Origin: a bacterium
GTDB lineage: Bacteria; Patescibacteriota; Dojkabacteria; SC72
Direction of reading: 5' to 3'
NCBI GenBank assembly: GCA_022840695.1
Contig: JALHDC010000003.1
Span: forward strand, 11,538-75,537
Length of the DNA stretch: 64,000 bases
The position numbers and the translations under genes are program-made. Positions 9,697-19,779 of the stretch are shown here, one piece after another. A model generated the notes under the pieces. The model had not been told where the DNA came from and made no database searches. It saw only the letters and a program-made list of their open reading frames with translations. Numbering within the stretch: the first letter of the stretch is position 1; every line of letters starts with the position of its first letter.

Positions 9697-10821
9697 GTGA
9701 TATTATCCATTATGGATATTGCTGTATTAGAAAAAAAATATAGTCAAAACAAAGCAAAAGAAAAAGCAGATTCATTGCAGAATGAGATTTCAGAAGCTAG
9801 TGTAAAAGGTAATACTCAAGAGATATCTCAATTGAGCTCTGATTTAGGGTATTATTCTGAACTTGCAAGAAATATATCCGATATACGAGCTAGTATTAAA
9901 AACTATAATGATGCCATATTAATGTCAAAAAACGAGAGCGATCCTGAGATAAGGGAGATGGCAACTGAAGAAGTATCAGTATTAGGAGAGAGAATTGAAG
10001 AGTTAGATAAAGAAATTAAGAAATTGCAGATATCAAGGAAATTCGAGGATCATGATGATAATAAATCAGCTATTTTGGAAATAAGGGCCGGAGCTGGAGG
10101 TGATGAGGCAACACTTTTTGCTGCAGATCTTTTCAGAATGTATAAGGGTTTCTCTGCTAGTAGAGGTTGGAATTTGGAGATAATACACAGTAGTGTTTCT
10201 GAATCTGGAGGATATAAAGAGGTAGTAGCACATATAGAGGGGAAAAATGTTTTCAGAGATTTAAAATATGAAAGTGGTGTACACAGAGTTCAACGAGTCC
10301 CTACCACAGAATCTTCAGGCAGAATACATACCTCCACAGCTTCCGTAGCTATCCTACCTGAAGCAAAAGAGGTTGACATACAGATTAATCCTGAAGACTT
10401 AAAAATTGAGGTTATGAGGGCATCTGGAGCCGGAGGACAGTGTGTAAACAAGACAGATTCAGCAGTTAGAATAACCCATTTACCAACTAACTTAGTTGTT
10501 AGCTGCCAAGAGACTAAGCATCAGGCACAGAATAAAGAAAAGGCTATGGCAATACTAAGAGCAAAGCTATACGACATGAAGCAAGAAGAGGAAGATACCA
10601 AAAGAGATTCTATGAGATCAAAATTAATTGGTTCTGCAATGAGAGCTGAAAAGGTAAGAACATATAATTTCCCACAAAATCGTATAACAGATCATAGGAT
10701 AAAGAAATCTTGGTTTAATATAGAATCTGTATTAAATGGTAACCTCGATGAATTGATTAATGATGTTAGGGAAGGAATTATGAATGAATTGTTAAAGAAT
10801 CAAGAGGAAAGTGGAGAATAA
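9697..10821 (+). CDS. prfA: peptide chain release factor 1
   Basis: GGQ motif (SGAGGQCVNKTDSAVRITHLPT). RF1-type tripeptide region RVPTTESSGRIHTS. Followed by prmC. Confidence 0.93.
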   Translation: MILSIMDIAVLEKKYSQNKAKEKADSLQNEISEASVKGNTQEISQLSSDLGYYSELARNISDIRASIKNYNDAILMSKNESDPEIREMATEEVSVLGERIEELDKEIKKLQISRKFEDHDDNKSAILEIRAGAGGDEATLFAADLFRMYKGFSASRGWNLEIIHSSVSESGGYKEVVAHIEGKNVFRDLKYESGVHRVQRVPTTESSGRIHTSTASVAILPEAKEVDIQINPEDLKIEVMRASGAGGQCVNKTDSAVRITHLPTNLVVSCQETKHQAQNKEKAMAILRAKLYDMKQEEEDTKRDSMRSKLIGSAMRAEKVRTYNFPQNRITDHRIKKSWFNIESVLNGNLDELINDVREGIMNELLKNQEESGE

Positions 10822-11617
10822 GTTAAAGGTTATTTACCAAATACAAGAAGTTCTTAAGAAGTATGGATATTTTGATATAGACAGAATATCCAATGAGATT
10901 TTAGAATATGCAACAGAAAGCAATATCGCGATTGAGGATATCCTTAGTAGGATTTCCAATTACGAGCCTTGGGAATATATTTGTGGGAAAGCAGATTTTT
11001 ACGACAATACATTCAAAATTAATAACTCTGTTCTAATACCTAGAATTGAGACAGAGCAAATTATCGATATATCAAAGGATTTTCTTAGATCTAACCCATC
11101 ATATGATTGCATAGTGGATATTGGAACAGGGAGCGGATGTATAATTATTTCCCTTGCCAAAATTTTCTGTAATAAAAATAACTTCAAATTTATTGGAATT
11201 GATATAAGTTCAAAGGCATTAAAAATTGCAAAAGAGAATTCCGTGTTACATAATGTTAACGAAAATATCTCCTTTAGAAAGGATTATTTACTAAGCAATC
11301 ATTCCATTGGAAAAAATTCATTAATAATAGCCAACCTACCCTATATACCAACTGATATGTATAGGGATTTAGATAAAAGTGTTAAAGATTTCGAACCAAG
11401 GGAAGCATTGGACGGTGGAAAAGATGGACTTAAATATTACAGAGAGCTATTAGACCAGTTAGAAAAGAATAATCCTTCTAAATATTTTGTTACTCTACTG
11501 ATTGAGATAGAACCATCTACTATAGAAACGGTTGAAGAGCTATTTACTCAATATAAATATAGAATTATTAAGGATTATAGAGGATTAAAGAGATTTCTTT
11601 TAATCCATCTCTCCTAA
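10811..11617 (+). CDS. prmC: release factor glutamine N5-methyltransferase PrmC/HemK
   Basis: SAM motif DIGTGSGCI. NPPY-type motif NLPYIP. Overlaps prfA stop. Confidence 0.85.
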   Translation: MENKLKVIYQIQEVLKKYGYFDIDRISNEILEYATESNIAIEDILSRISNYEPWEYICGKADFYDNTFKINNSVLIPRIETEQIIDISKDFLRSNPSYDCIVDIGTGSGCIIISLAKIFCNKNNFKFIGIDISSKALKIAKENSVLHNVNENISFRKDYLLSNHSIGKNSLIIANLPYIPTDMYRDLDKSVKDFEPREALDGGKDGLKYYRELLDQLEKNNPSKYFVTLLIEIEPSTIETVEELFTQYKYRIIKDYRGLKRFLLIHLS

Positions 11618-12790
11618 TACAACCTTTACTGTCTCTTCCACAGATTCCCTCATAACTTTTATTTCAACTTCCTCCCCTACTTTATGTTGTTGAATAATCT
11701 CTCCTAAAGATTTATTAACATCATATTCTCCAAATTTTGTTATGATATCCCCTCTTCGAAGTCCCCCTTCATATGCAGGAGATGTTGGATCTACTCTAAG
11801 AACTAAGGCACCAGGGACGACATCTGTATAGTAAAGGGCTTCATATTCTGAAATCATTTGATATGTCACACCTAGGTATGGCCTTATGAATTTTCCATAT
11901 GTTCTATACTCATCTATCCTACTCTTTACTTTATTTATTGGTATAGCGAAGGAGATATTATCTGCTCCAGATGTTGTTGCGAAGTTAATACCTATTACCT
12001 CTCCCTGAGAATTAAGTAGTGGACCTCCTGAGTTGCCAGGATTAACAGCAGCATCTGTTTGTATTACATCCTCATATGTTTTAGATGTACTACCAAACCA
12101 TCCAGAACTTGCTGTCACTGATCTATTCAAACCACTAATAATTCCTGTAGTCACGCTACCTGCATACTCTCCAAGGGGTGTACCTATTGCAATAACACTC
12201 TGCCCTACTAACAAATTTCCAGAATCTCCTAACTCTAATTCTTTAAGTTCATCACTTTCAGGATTAATCTTTATTAAAGCAACATCATTTAAATCATCCC
12301 TTAAAACCTCATCCACAGAATATTCTTTACCATCCTGTGTTACAACTTTGTATTCTGCTGTTAAATCAGATACAACATGTTGATTTGTTATTATTACACC
12401 ATCTTTATCTACTACAAATCCTGTACCTATATTACTACTTTGATCAATCAATCCCTGATCTTGAGAAAGAGTTAATTTTGAAATCGCAATACTTACAACA
12501 GATGGTGATGCCTGTTCAACGATATTTATTACAGCACTTTCTTCTGTAGTTATGACAACCTTTCTTTCTTCTAGAATAGTACTATCTTTATCCAAAAAAT
12601 TAGCAAGATATTCCTGTATTGGAGTGGAATATCTAATTGCTAAATATCCAGAAGCAAGAATGATTAAAAGAGTTACTAAGATTATCAAAAAGACCCCGAT
12701 TATTGCATATATATATTTACCTGGTTTTTGAAAAGAAATTTTCTTTTTTTCCTTAGGTATTTCATTTTTCTTATCATTTTTCTCTTCCAT
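11600..12790 (-). CDS. htrA: HtrA/DegP-family serine protease with PDZ domain
   Basis: N-terminal TM. Catalytic GNSGGPLLNSQGEVIGIN. C-terminal PDZ (LRRGDIITKFGEYDV). Confidence 0.9.
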   Translation of the reverse strand: MEEKNDKKNEIPKEKKKISFQKPGKYIYAIIGVFLIILVTLLIILASGYLAIRYSTPIQEYLANFLDKDSTILEERKVVITTEESAVINIVEQASPSVVSIAISKLTLSQDQGLIDQSSNIGTGFVVDKDGVIITNQHVVSDLTAEYKVVTQDGKEYSVDEVLRDDLNDVALIKINPESDELKELELGDSGNLLVGQSVIAIGTPLGEYAGSVTTGIISGLNRSVTASSGWFGSTSKTYEDVIQTDAAVNPGNSGGPLLNSQGEVIGINFATTSGADNISFAIPINKVKSRIDEYRTYGKFIRPYLGVTYQMISEYEALYYTDVVPGALVLRVDPTSPAYEGGLRRGDIITKFGEYDVNKSLGEIIQQHKVGEEVEIKVMRESVEETVKVVLGEMD

Positions 12791-12809
12791 GGTTTTTAAT
12801 ACTAAAAAT

Positions 12810-14036
12810 TTATTTAGCTAAAATCTCTAAAGCTTTCATCAGTTGAGGATCTAATCCTCTTACAAAATCATCATTTGTTAATTCAATTTCGACATTAGGT
12901 TTTACAGAACTTTCCCTATTTATCTGCTCTCCATTAGGGAGTAGCCATCTTAATGTGGTTAGATGAAGAGAAGATCCATCAGAGAGATCATATATTTTCT
13001 GTGCAGTACCTTTTCCAAATGTCTTCTCTCCAATTATTTCAGCTCTATCTGCATTCTGTAATGCTCCTGCTAAGATTTCAGAAGCTGATGCACTACCTTC
13101 ATTTACAAGAACTACTACCTCTATACTCTCCAAATTCCCTCTTATTGTAGAGGCATATTCTTGAATATTATTCTTTCCATCACTCTGTTTTGATATTACA
13201 AAACCTTCAGGAAGAAATTCATCTCCTGCATATATAGCAGCATCAAAATATCCACCAGGATTACCTCTTAAATCTAATATCATCTTGCTTATCTTAGAGG
13301 TAATGATTTCACTAACCTTTGAATCCCAATTCCTAACCCATTCGGAGTATGTAGATTCTGTGAACCTACTAACTTTTAATAAGGCAATATTGTCATTCTC
13401 TCCTATATATTCTAGTGTAATACTTGGAACTGTTATCTCTCTTCTAACAATTGTAATATCAACTGGTTTTAAATCACCTTTATGCAAGATATTTAGTACA
13501 ACTTCAGTCCCTGATTCCCCTCTTATCTTCGATACCGCATCATACACTGTATCTTCTGATGTTAATTCATAATCATCTATTTTCAAAATATAGTCACCAG
13601 GTCTAATTCCTGCTTCCTTTGCGGGAGATCCTTCTAATGGTGTCACGACTATTATTTGTCCATTGTCATACCCCAACTCAGCCCCTATTCCCTCAAAATA
13701 TTTTCCTTCACTTGCAGAATTAAATTCTTCTGTTTCTTCCGGAGTAAGGAAGACGGTTGCTGGGTCATCCAAAGAATTGACCATTCCCTTTATGGCACCA
13801 TATACCAAATCTTCGTTCTTCATCTTTGAAGAGTCTACATAGCTATCTTTGGTGATATCCAAAACTCTCCAAAACATTGAAAGATCCAAATCCTTAGATG
13901 AAGTTATATCTAAAAAAGTGGTATCACTATCAACATTCCTTCCAACAACTAAACCTAATGTGAAGACACATACTAAAAGTATTCCTAAACCAATGATACT
14001 GTTGTTTTTGTTGTTCTGTTTTGTACTTGTTTCCAC
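12810..14036 (-). CDS. ctpA: carboxyl-terminal processing protease (S41 family, CtpA-like) with PDZ
   Basis: ILDLRGNPGGY S41 motif. PDZ (GIRPGDYILKIDD). N-terminal TM. Confidence 0.9.
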   Translation of the reverse strand: METSTKQNNKNNSIIGLGILLVCVFTLGLVVGRNVDSDTTFLDITSSKDLDLSMFWRVLDITKDSYVDSSKMKNEDLVYGAIKGMVNSLDDPATVFLTPEETEEFNSASEGKYFEGIGAELGYDNGQIIVVTPLEGSPAKEAGIRPGDYILKIDDYELTSEDTVYDAVSKIRGESGTEVVLNILHKGDLKPVDITIVRREITVPSITLEYIGENDNIALLKVSRFTESTYSEWVRNWDSKVSEIITSKISKMILDLRGNPGGYFDAAIYAGDEFLPEGFVISKQSDGKNNIQEYASTIRGNLESIEVVVLVNEGSASASEILAGALQNADRAEIIGEKTFGKGTAQKIYDLSDGSSLHLTTLRWLLPNGEQINRESSVKPNVEIELTNDDFVRGLDPQLMKALEILAK

Positions 14037-14075
14037 ATTATTTCCTGCTTAATTAAAATCAGTATTTATTATACT

Positions 14076-15104
14076 CTAAAAAGACACAAATTCGACATTA
14101 GCAATATTTACAATACTCCTCTGTCCACCCTCCCACTCCACAGTGGCATACTGTTCATCTTCCATAGACAGTATTGTACCTAACATTCCATAAATTGAAA
14201 GTGAACGAGATATTACCTTGCTACCAATAGCATTCTTAACAAAAATATCATCCTTTGTTTTAAATACAGAATCATCTGTAACAAAAAACATCTGACTTTC
14301 ATCATAATCTACTACAACTAATTTCCTATTCATTGTGGATATGAGCTTTAGAATATCTTTACTTGTATACATTTCTCCAAATCCTCCAATTACTCCAACT
14401 GGTAATCCCTGTCTTCTAAAATCTTCATAATTCATTGAATATGTAAGGACAAATACAGCTCCTTTCTTGAAAAGATCTTGTAATAACTCAGGATGGAGAT
14501 ATTTCCCAACAAAAACAATTTTATCCTGATAATTCTCTTCCTCTGCTTTTAGTAGAAGATCCTTCCCTTCTCCAAGAACTGTAAATTCTCCTATCATTTT
14601 CCTCTCCCTACCCTTTCTTAACAAAATGTCCGATATTGTTAAAAGATCTAATGCATATGCACTAGAGAGTATGTTTATCCCATCTACAGGATTAATTTCC
14701 TCTACAATTCCATCAAACTTGCTTTGTACCAATATTTCATTCTCTTCTCCCAAAAGATCTATATATCCATTGCTTAATCTTGAAAGATCAACAACTCCCT
14801 GTTCAGGAGATATTAATTTTTTGATATTAAGTCCTCCAGAAACAACTTTTTGAGCTAAGACATCTCCTTTATTAACAAACTCTCCATCAATACAGTTGAT
14901 GTAATTGTGAATCTTTGCTACTTCGACATCAATCTGCTCAGGCAGGTAGAAAGAATGCTTAATATTACTTTCACTCTTTCGTAGAATATCTGTACCTGAG
15001 TTTATCCTGTCTCCCCTATTTACCAAAACCCTATCTCCAGATTTATACGGGATATTGAATACATATTTGTCATATTTTTCGAATATCTTATGCTTAACTA
15101 TCAT
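14076..15104 (-). CDS. conserved hypothetical protein
   Basis: 342-aa ORF with dense coding signal. No motif recognised. Start overlaps upstream gene by ATGA. Confidence 0.4.
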   Translation of the reverse strand: MIVKHKIFEKYDKYVFNIPYKSGDRVLVNRGDRINSGTDILRKSESNIKHSFYLPEQIDVEVAKIHNYINCIDGEFVNKGDVLAQKVVSGGLNIKKLISPEQGVVDLSRLSNGYIDLLGEENEILVQSKFDGIVEEINPVDGINILSSAYALDLLTISDILLRKGRERKMIGEFTVLGEGKDLLLKAEEENYQDKIVFVGKYLHPELLQDLFKKGAVFVLTYSMNYEDFRRQGLPVGVIGGFGEMYTSKDILKLISTMNRKLVVVDYDESQMFFVTDDSVFKTKDDIFVKNAIGSKVISRSLSIYGMLGTILSMEDEQYATVEWEGGQRSIVNIANVEFVSF

Positions 15105-16462
15105 TTAATCCATGTTTGTAATTTTAGTTTGTTTGAATAGCTATCAGGACCATATATTATTGGTCTAATCCTTCCATCTATAAGTATAGATTCATATTTT
15201 TTATTACCAGGGGTAGAAACAAAACCAAGGAGTTTTTCCTTGTTTGGAACCATATATGCACCATTCTTAAATTCCCCCTCTATCACCAACTTATCTTCAT
15301 GAGTAGGAAGTTCAATGTATGAATACTCTGGAGAAAGAGCATAGAATTCGTTTCTTCCTTCACTTAGAGATTGTATAACTCCAGCAAGAATAACTTTGTT
15401 AGATGCTTTAACAGGTTTTGAGTATGGAATAACTACTTTTGTAAGTAAAGAAAAGACCTCTTTTCTTGTTAATATTATATCTGTTGAATCAGTACCATTT
15501 ACATAGCTTTTCCCATACGAAAGTAACTTGGCATCTAAATCCCAATAGCAATCGAAGTCCCCCGACATTTCCAATCCATCAATTAATGTAAGTAGAGATT
15601 TTGATTTGCCTAATATCCTCGGGATATATCCAGATATTATTACTGCACTCTCATTCTTACTAATACCAAAACCCTCTAATTTCTCCTTATTATCCCTAAA
15701 TATCGAATGACTCTGAATTGTACAGTATGCTCTCAATATATCCATTAAATTAGGATCTTCAGAGAAGAATGTCCTGTTTAGTATGAAATTACTCCAATAA
15801 TTGTATATACCTTCTGATCCAAGATCTGTGGCAAGAAATGCCTTCAATCGAGAATCTTTTACAGAATCAATAACATCTAATTCATTTGGCCAACTAATTT
15901 TAGCTTGAGAAAATATCATTTTCTCTCTCTTTGCTTTTTTGTCATACACCTTGTTTACCCTGAATACCGAGAAATCCATGATATCCATATCCACATACAT
16001 CAAATCATCATATTCACTTTTATCTATCAAACTACTGAGGAGAGTTGACATATACCGATCATCTATTACTCTTAGAGATACATCATTCGAGAAATCCCTT
16101 ACCGAAAGAAATATTTTTTCAAAGAATTTCTGATTGTCATCTATCTGCATTCTGATTCCTGTTAATCCATCACCCTCGTTTTTAAATCTTCTGAATGTGA
16201 AAACAGCTTGACGACTTCTGTCTACTAAATTCCAATCGAATACACTCTCCAGATTATCAAAATATTCAAACCAGAAATTTTTTGTAAAAACTTCATCATC
16301 TAACCTATGTCTAAGTGGACTTAAATCTGTAAAATCAGAAAGTATATACTCTCTACTTACATCATGATCTGTGTATGCTAAATGAGACCATATACCATTA
16401 TCTTTTATAACGATACTTAGATATGCATTTTTTTCAAGCAAAGGCAGTTTTGACATTGTCAT
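15101..16462 (-). CDS. conserved hypothetical protein (translationally coupled to 14076-15104)
   Basis: 453-aa ORF. 4-bp overlap with downstream gene. No motif recognised. Confidence 0.4.
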   Translation of the reverse strand: MTMSKLPLLEKNAYLSIVIKDNGIWSHLAYTDHDVSREYILSDFTDLSPLRHRLDDEVFTKNFWFEYFDNLESVFDWNLVDRSRQAVFTFRRFKNEGDGLTGIRMQIDDNQKFFEKIFLSVRDFSNDVSLRVIDDRYMSTLLSSLIDKSEYDDLMYVDMDIMDFSVFRVNKVYDKKAKREKMIFSQAKISWPNELDVIDSVKDSRLKAFLATDLGSEGIYNYWSNFILNRTFFSEDPNLMDILRAYCTIQSHSIFRDNKEKLEGFGISKNESAVIISGYIPRILGKSKSLLTLIDGLEMSGDFDCYWDLDAKLLSYGKSYVNGTDSTDIILTRKEVFSLLTKVVIPYSKPVKASNKVILAGVIQSLSEGRNEFYALSPEYSYIELPTHEDKLVIEGEFKNGAYMVPNKEKLLGFVSTPGNKKYESILIDGRIRPIIYGPDSYSNKLKLQTWIK

Positions 16463-16493
16463 AATATATTACTGAAAAGTAGGTATCTTTTCA

Positions 16494-16520
16494 ACAAAAA
16501 AGGGGATCTTACGATCCCCT
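16494..16520 (-). terminator. rho-independent terminator downstream of rpsR
   Basis: On the minus strand: GGGGATCGTAAGATCCCC hairpin (7-bp GC-rich stem) followed by UUUUUUGUUG. Confidence 0.7.
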
Positions 16521-16541
16521 ATATATTCCAATCTTATATAC

Positions 16542-16886
16542 TTATTCGTTAGAAGAGTATGGTAGAAGTGCCATATATCTTGCTCTTTTTATTGCATTCT
16601 TAAGCTGTCTTTGGTGTTTGTGACATACTCCAGATTTCTCTGTTGATATAAATTTACCTCTTACAGATGTAAATTTTTTCAATTGATACACATCTTTGTA
16701 TGTAATACCTTTGACACCAGACTCACATAATGGACATTTAAGATTCTGAATAATCTTTTTTCTTCTTCTTGGTGCCCTTTTATGCTCAACAACTTCCTCA
16801 TCTTCAGTTATTTTAGTTTCATCAAAAACATCCTCTAATGTAGGAGCTATTACTGTTTCTTCTGTTTTCTTCTCTTCATTAGCCAT
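16542..16886 (-). CDS. rpsR: 30S ribosomal protein S18 with acidic N-terminal extension
   Basis: ..CHKHQRQLKNAIKRARYMALLPY S18 signature. Confidence 0.9.
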   Translation of the reverse strand: MANEEKKTEETVIAPTLEDVFDETKITEDEEVVEHKRAPRRRKKIIQNLKCPLCESGVKGITYKDVYQLKKFTSVRGKFISTEKSGVCHKHQRQLKNAIKRARYMALLPYSSNE

Positions 16887-16905
16887 TTAAGTATTAATTT
16901 CTAAA

Positions 16906-17382
16906 TTAAAAGGGCAAATCTTCTTCTAAAGGATCCTCATCAGGTGTTTCCTCTTTTACCTCTTCCTCTACTTCCTCAACCTCTTCTGTCTTTTCCTCTT
17001 TTTTCTCAGTACTACCACCCTCTTCTATTCCTGCTCCCTGTTTTCCTTTACTATCAAGAAGAATCATATCGTCTACTCTTATTTCTGTTTTATATCTTGT
17101 AACACCATCATCACCTTCCCATGATCTAGTATTTAATGATCCCTCGATATATACCTTCATTCCTTTTGCGAGTAATTGCTGACATATTTCAGCCATTTTA
17201 TTCCATGCTACTAAATTATGGAACTCTGCCAATTCTTTAGTTTCTCCATCTGAATCTTTCCAAGATTTATTTGTAGCCATTCCAAATGTAACTACTGGTG
17301 TCCCAGAGTTTGTATATCTCATCTCTGGATCTCTTGTTAAGTTTCCGATTAGGATAACTTTATTTAACGATCTTGCTGCCAT
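16906..17382 (-). CDS. ssb: single-stranded DNA-binding protein
   Basis: OB-fold N-terminus NKVILIGNLTRDPEMRYT. Acidic tail ending DLPF. Located between rpsF and rpsR. Confidence 0.95.
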   Translation of the reverse strand: MAARSLNKVILIGNLTRDPEMRYTNSGTPVVTFGMATNKSWKDSDGETKELAEFHNLVAWNKMAEICQQLLAKGMKVYIEGSLNTRSWEGDDGVTRYKTEIRVDDMILLDSKGKQGAGIEEGGSTEKKEEKTEEVEEVEEEVKEETPDEDPLEEDLPF

Positions 17383-17445
17383 TTTGTTTATATTATTTAT
17401 AATTTAACTTACCTTTAACTATACACCGCAATTATTAAATTTCGA

Positions 17446-17802
17446 TTAAATTTCTATTTCCTTCTTTTTTATACTTTTACCTATTGTACTAACATCTTCT
17501 ACCTCTACTATCATAAAACGAAGAACCTCTAATTTGAGTTTCATCTGTCTACCTATCTCTGCAATATCTTTTGGAAATGCTTTAAAGTCATACACAATGT
17601 AATATCCTTCATTATGACCTTTAATTTTGTATGAAAGATATCTTTTACCCCAAACATCAACATCCAAAACCTCTCCACCATCTTTGGAAACTAAATCTAC
17701 AAACTCTTTATGAATTTCTTTTCTTACATCATCAGGCAAAAGTGGTTTGAGAGCCACTATCATTTCATAATTCTTAAGCTTATTAACTTTTTTAACCAAC
17801 AT
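17446..17802 (-). CDS. rpsF: 30S ribosomal protein S6
   Basis: YEMIVALKP..WGKRYLSYKIKGHNEGYY S6 pattern. Classic rpsF-ssb-rpsR order. Confidence 0.9.
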   Translation of the reverse strand: MLVKKVNKLKNYEMIVALKPLLPDDVRKEIHKEFVDLVSKDGGEVLDVDVWGKRYLSYKIKGHNEGYYIVYDFKAFPKDIAEIGRQMKLKLEVLRFMIVEVEDVSTIGKSIKKKEIEI

Positions 17803-17939
17803 TAATCAGTAAACTAATATTTAAGTATAACGAGATGGATTTTAGCAGAAAATGTTACTTTACACAACAATCCTCTTGCATATTCCAAACCTTGTGTAGG
17901 ATAATTTTAACATGATAGAAAGGAAATTTCAAAAACATT

Positions 17940-18236
17940 TTACTTATATACCTTGTTCTTCCCCGAGTGTCCCCCCATATCGAGTAACAGTATTACCATT
18001 CCTTTACTTTGTTCTATCCATAATATTCTTAAATCTTTTGTAACCCTAGAACTATACACAAGTCCATGATTCCTACTCATAACTTTATGAGTATGCAAAC
18101 ACTCATCAAATGGATCTCTCCTTATCTTTTTAACAATATTCCTAATAATTAGAGTCAGTGAGGAATTTTTCTTGGACAATTTCTTGTAGGACCTATCAAA
18201 TGTCGTCGTTGCCTTGATAGTATAAATTTTCGACAT
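17940..18236 (-). CDS. RelE/ParE-superfamily type II toxin-like protein
   Basis: 98 aa, basic. C-terminal ..LRILWIEQSKGMVILLLDMGGHSGKNKVY resembles RelE/ParE fold signature. Lies 4 bp downstream of a small acidic ORF. Confidence 0.45.
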   Translation of the reverse strand: MSKIYTIKATTTFDRSYKKLSKKNSSLTLIIRNIVKKIRRDPFDECLHTHKVMSRNHGLVYSSRVTKDLRILWIEQSKGMVILLLDMGGHSGKNKVYK

Positions 18237-18240
18237 TAAA

Positions 18241-18516
18241 TTAAGAATCTAATTTCTTAAAATGACAATCTATATCCTTGTCGCTCTTTAACTCTGTAAC
18301 CCTACCCTTTTGTACATCTCTAAAAGCTTCATCTATATCCCTTTCCTGTTCTTTTGTTAAATAAAGAACATTATTAGACATCATTTTTGTATCAGCAAGA
18401 ATTAGATGTCTAATATACTCTGGGAATTTGATACCTAATTCATTTATCCTATCTTCCACAGCTTCTAACAACTGCCTAGACAATGGAACCTGTTTTGTTA
18501 TTTCTAAGTTTGACAT
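18241..18516 (-). CDS. putative antitoxin partner of the RelE/ParE-like toxin
   Basis: 91 aa, acidic. Immediately upstream of and co-directional with the toxin-like gene. Confidence 0.35.
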   Translation of the reverse strand: MSNLEITKQVPLSRQLLEAVEDRINELGIKFPEYIRHLILADTKMMSNNVLYLTKEQERDIDEAFRDVQKGRVTELKSDKDIDCHFKKLDS

Positions 18517-18582
18517 ATAAAATATACAAAATTAATATCCTAATACTATGATAATACTAATTCGGACCAAAGTCAACCATTA

Positions 18583-19689
18583 TTACTTGTTTGCTAAGAT
18601 GATAATATAATCACCATCTTTGACAATATATTCTTTCCCTTGATTCTTTACTATACCCTTCTCTTTTGCATTGACCCACCCTCCAACTTCTAACATGCTC
18701 TCAAGATTAACGACATCAGCTGTTACAAAACCTTTTTCCAAATCTGTATGAATAGCACCTGCTGCTTCCTTGACTGTACTACCATTTACAATACTCCAAG
18801 CATTACACTCCTTCTCCGATCCAGTATAGAAGGTTATTAAATTTAAACATTTAAAAGCTGCAACTATTACATCTTCCATGGTTGTAGGTTTTTCATCTAG
18901 CATAGAGACATATTCATTTACCTCCTCTTTTGACATACCAACCATATCATCAATGAGTTTGACATCTACAATTAGAACCATATCCTTAGTTTTTTCCTCT
19001 AATATCTCTTTCCACTCATTTACTCTTTCATTATTTAATCCTGCCTTATTATTAAGTATGAATAATCTCTTTTTACTTGTAAGTAACCAGAGTTCATATA
19101 TTATTTCGCTTTCTTCTTTTGTAAGATTCATATCAACTACTGGAATTTCATTATTCAAATTTTCTAGTACTTTCTTTAACAATTCATACTCCTTTGTAGC
19201 CTCTTTATCCCCTATTCTGCTCATTTTTTCGACAGACCCTATTCTCTTCTCTACACTTTCAATATCTTTAAGAATTAATTCTGACTGCACTATTTCAAAA
19301 TCTGCTACTGGATCAACTCTATCGTACACATGAGAAATACTTTCACTTTCAAAAGCTCTTAACATATACATTATTACATCTACTTCTCTAATATGTGAAA
19401 GAAATTGATTCCCCAATCCTTCTCCTTTGGATGCCCCTTTTACTAATCCTGCAATATCTACAAATGTCATTGCTGCAGGTACAATCTTCTTTGCATTAAA
19501 ATGATCTGCCATTTTCTTTAATCTTTCATCAGGAATTTCCACCACACCTACATTCTTATCAATGGTACAAAACGGAAAGTTTTCTGCAGGTACAGACATA
19601 TCCGTCAAAGCATTAAATATTGTAGATTTTCCGACATTGGGAAGTCCTACTATACCTAAAGAAAATGAATGTGATTGTTTAATTGACAT
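18583..19689 (-). CDS. ychF: ribosome-binding ATPase YchF (Obg-family GTPase) with TGS domain
   Basis: G1 GIVGLPNVGKST. NxxE-type G4. C-terminal TGS (ANKAGLNNERVNE..). Confidence 0.95.
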   Translation of the reverse strand: MSIKQSHSFSLGIVGLPNVGKSTIFNALTDMSVPAENFPFCTIDKNVGVVEIPDERLKKMADHFNAKKIVPAAMTFVDIAGLVKGASKGEGLGNQFLSHIREVDVIMYMLRAFESESISHVYDRVDPVADFEIVQSELILKDIESVEKRIGSVEKMSRIGDKEATKEYELLKKVLENLNNEIPVVDMNLTKEESEIIYELWLLTSKKRLFILNNKAGLNNERVNEWKEILEEKTKDMVLIVDVKLIDDMVGMSKEEVNEYVSMLDEKPTTMEDVIVAAFKCLNLITFYTGSEKECNAWSIVNGSTVKEAAGAIHTDLEKGFVTADVVNLESMLEVGGWVNAKEKGIVKNQGKEYIVKDGDYIIILANK

Positions 19690-19779
19690 GTGTGGATTAT
19701 ATAATAATAAATAAAGATATGATATATGTTATTATTTACAATCAAAGCTTTTGACAATTATTTAACCTCACTTAAATAA

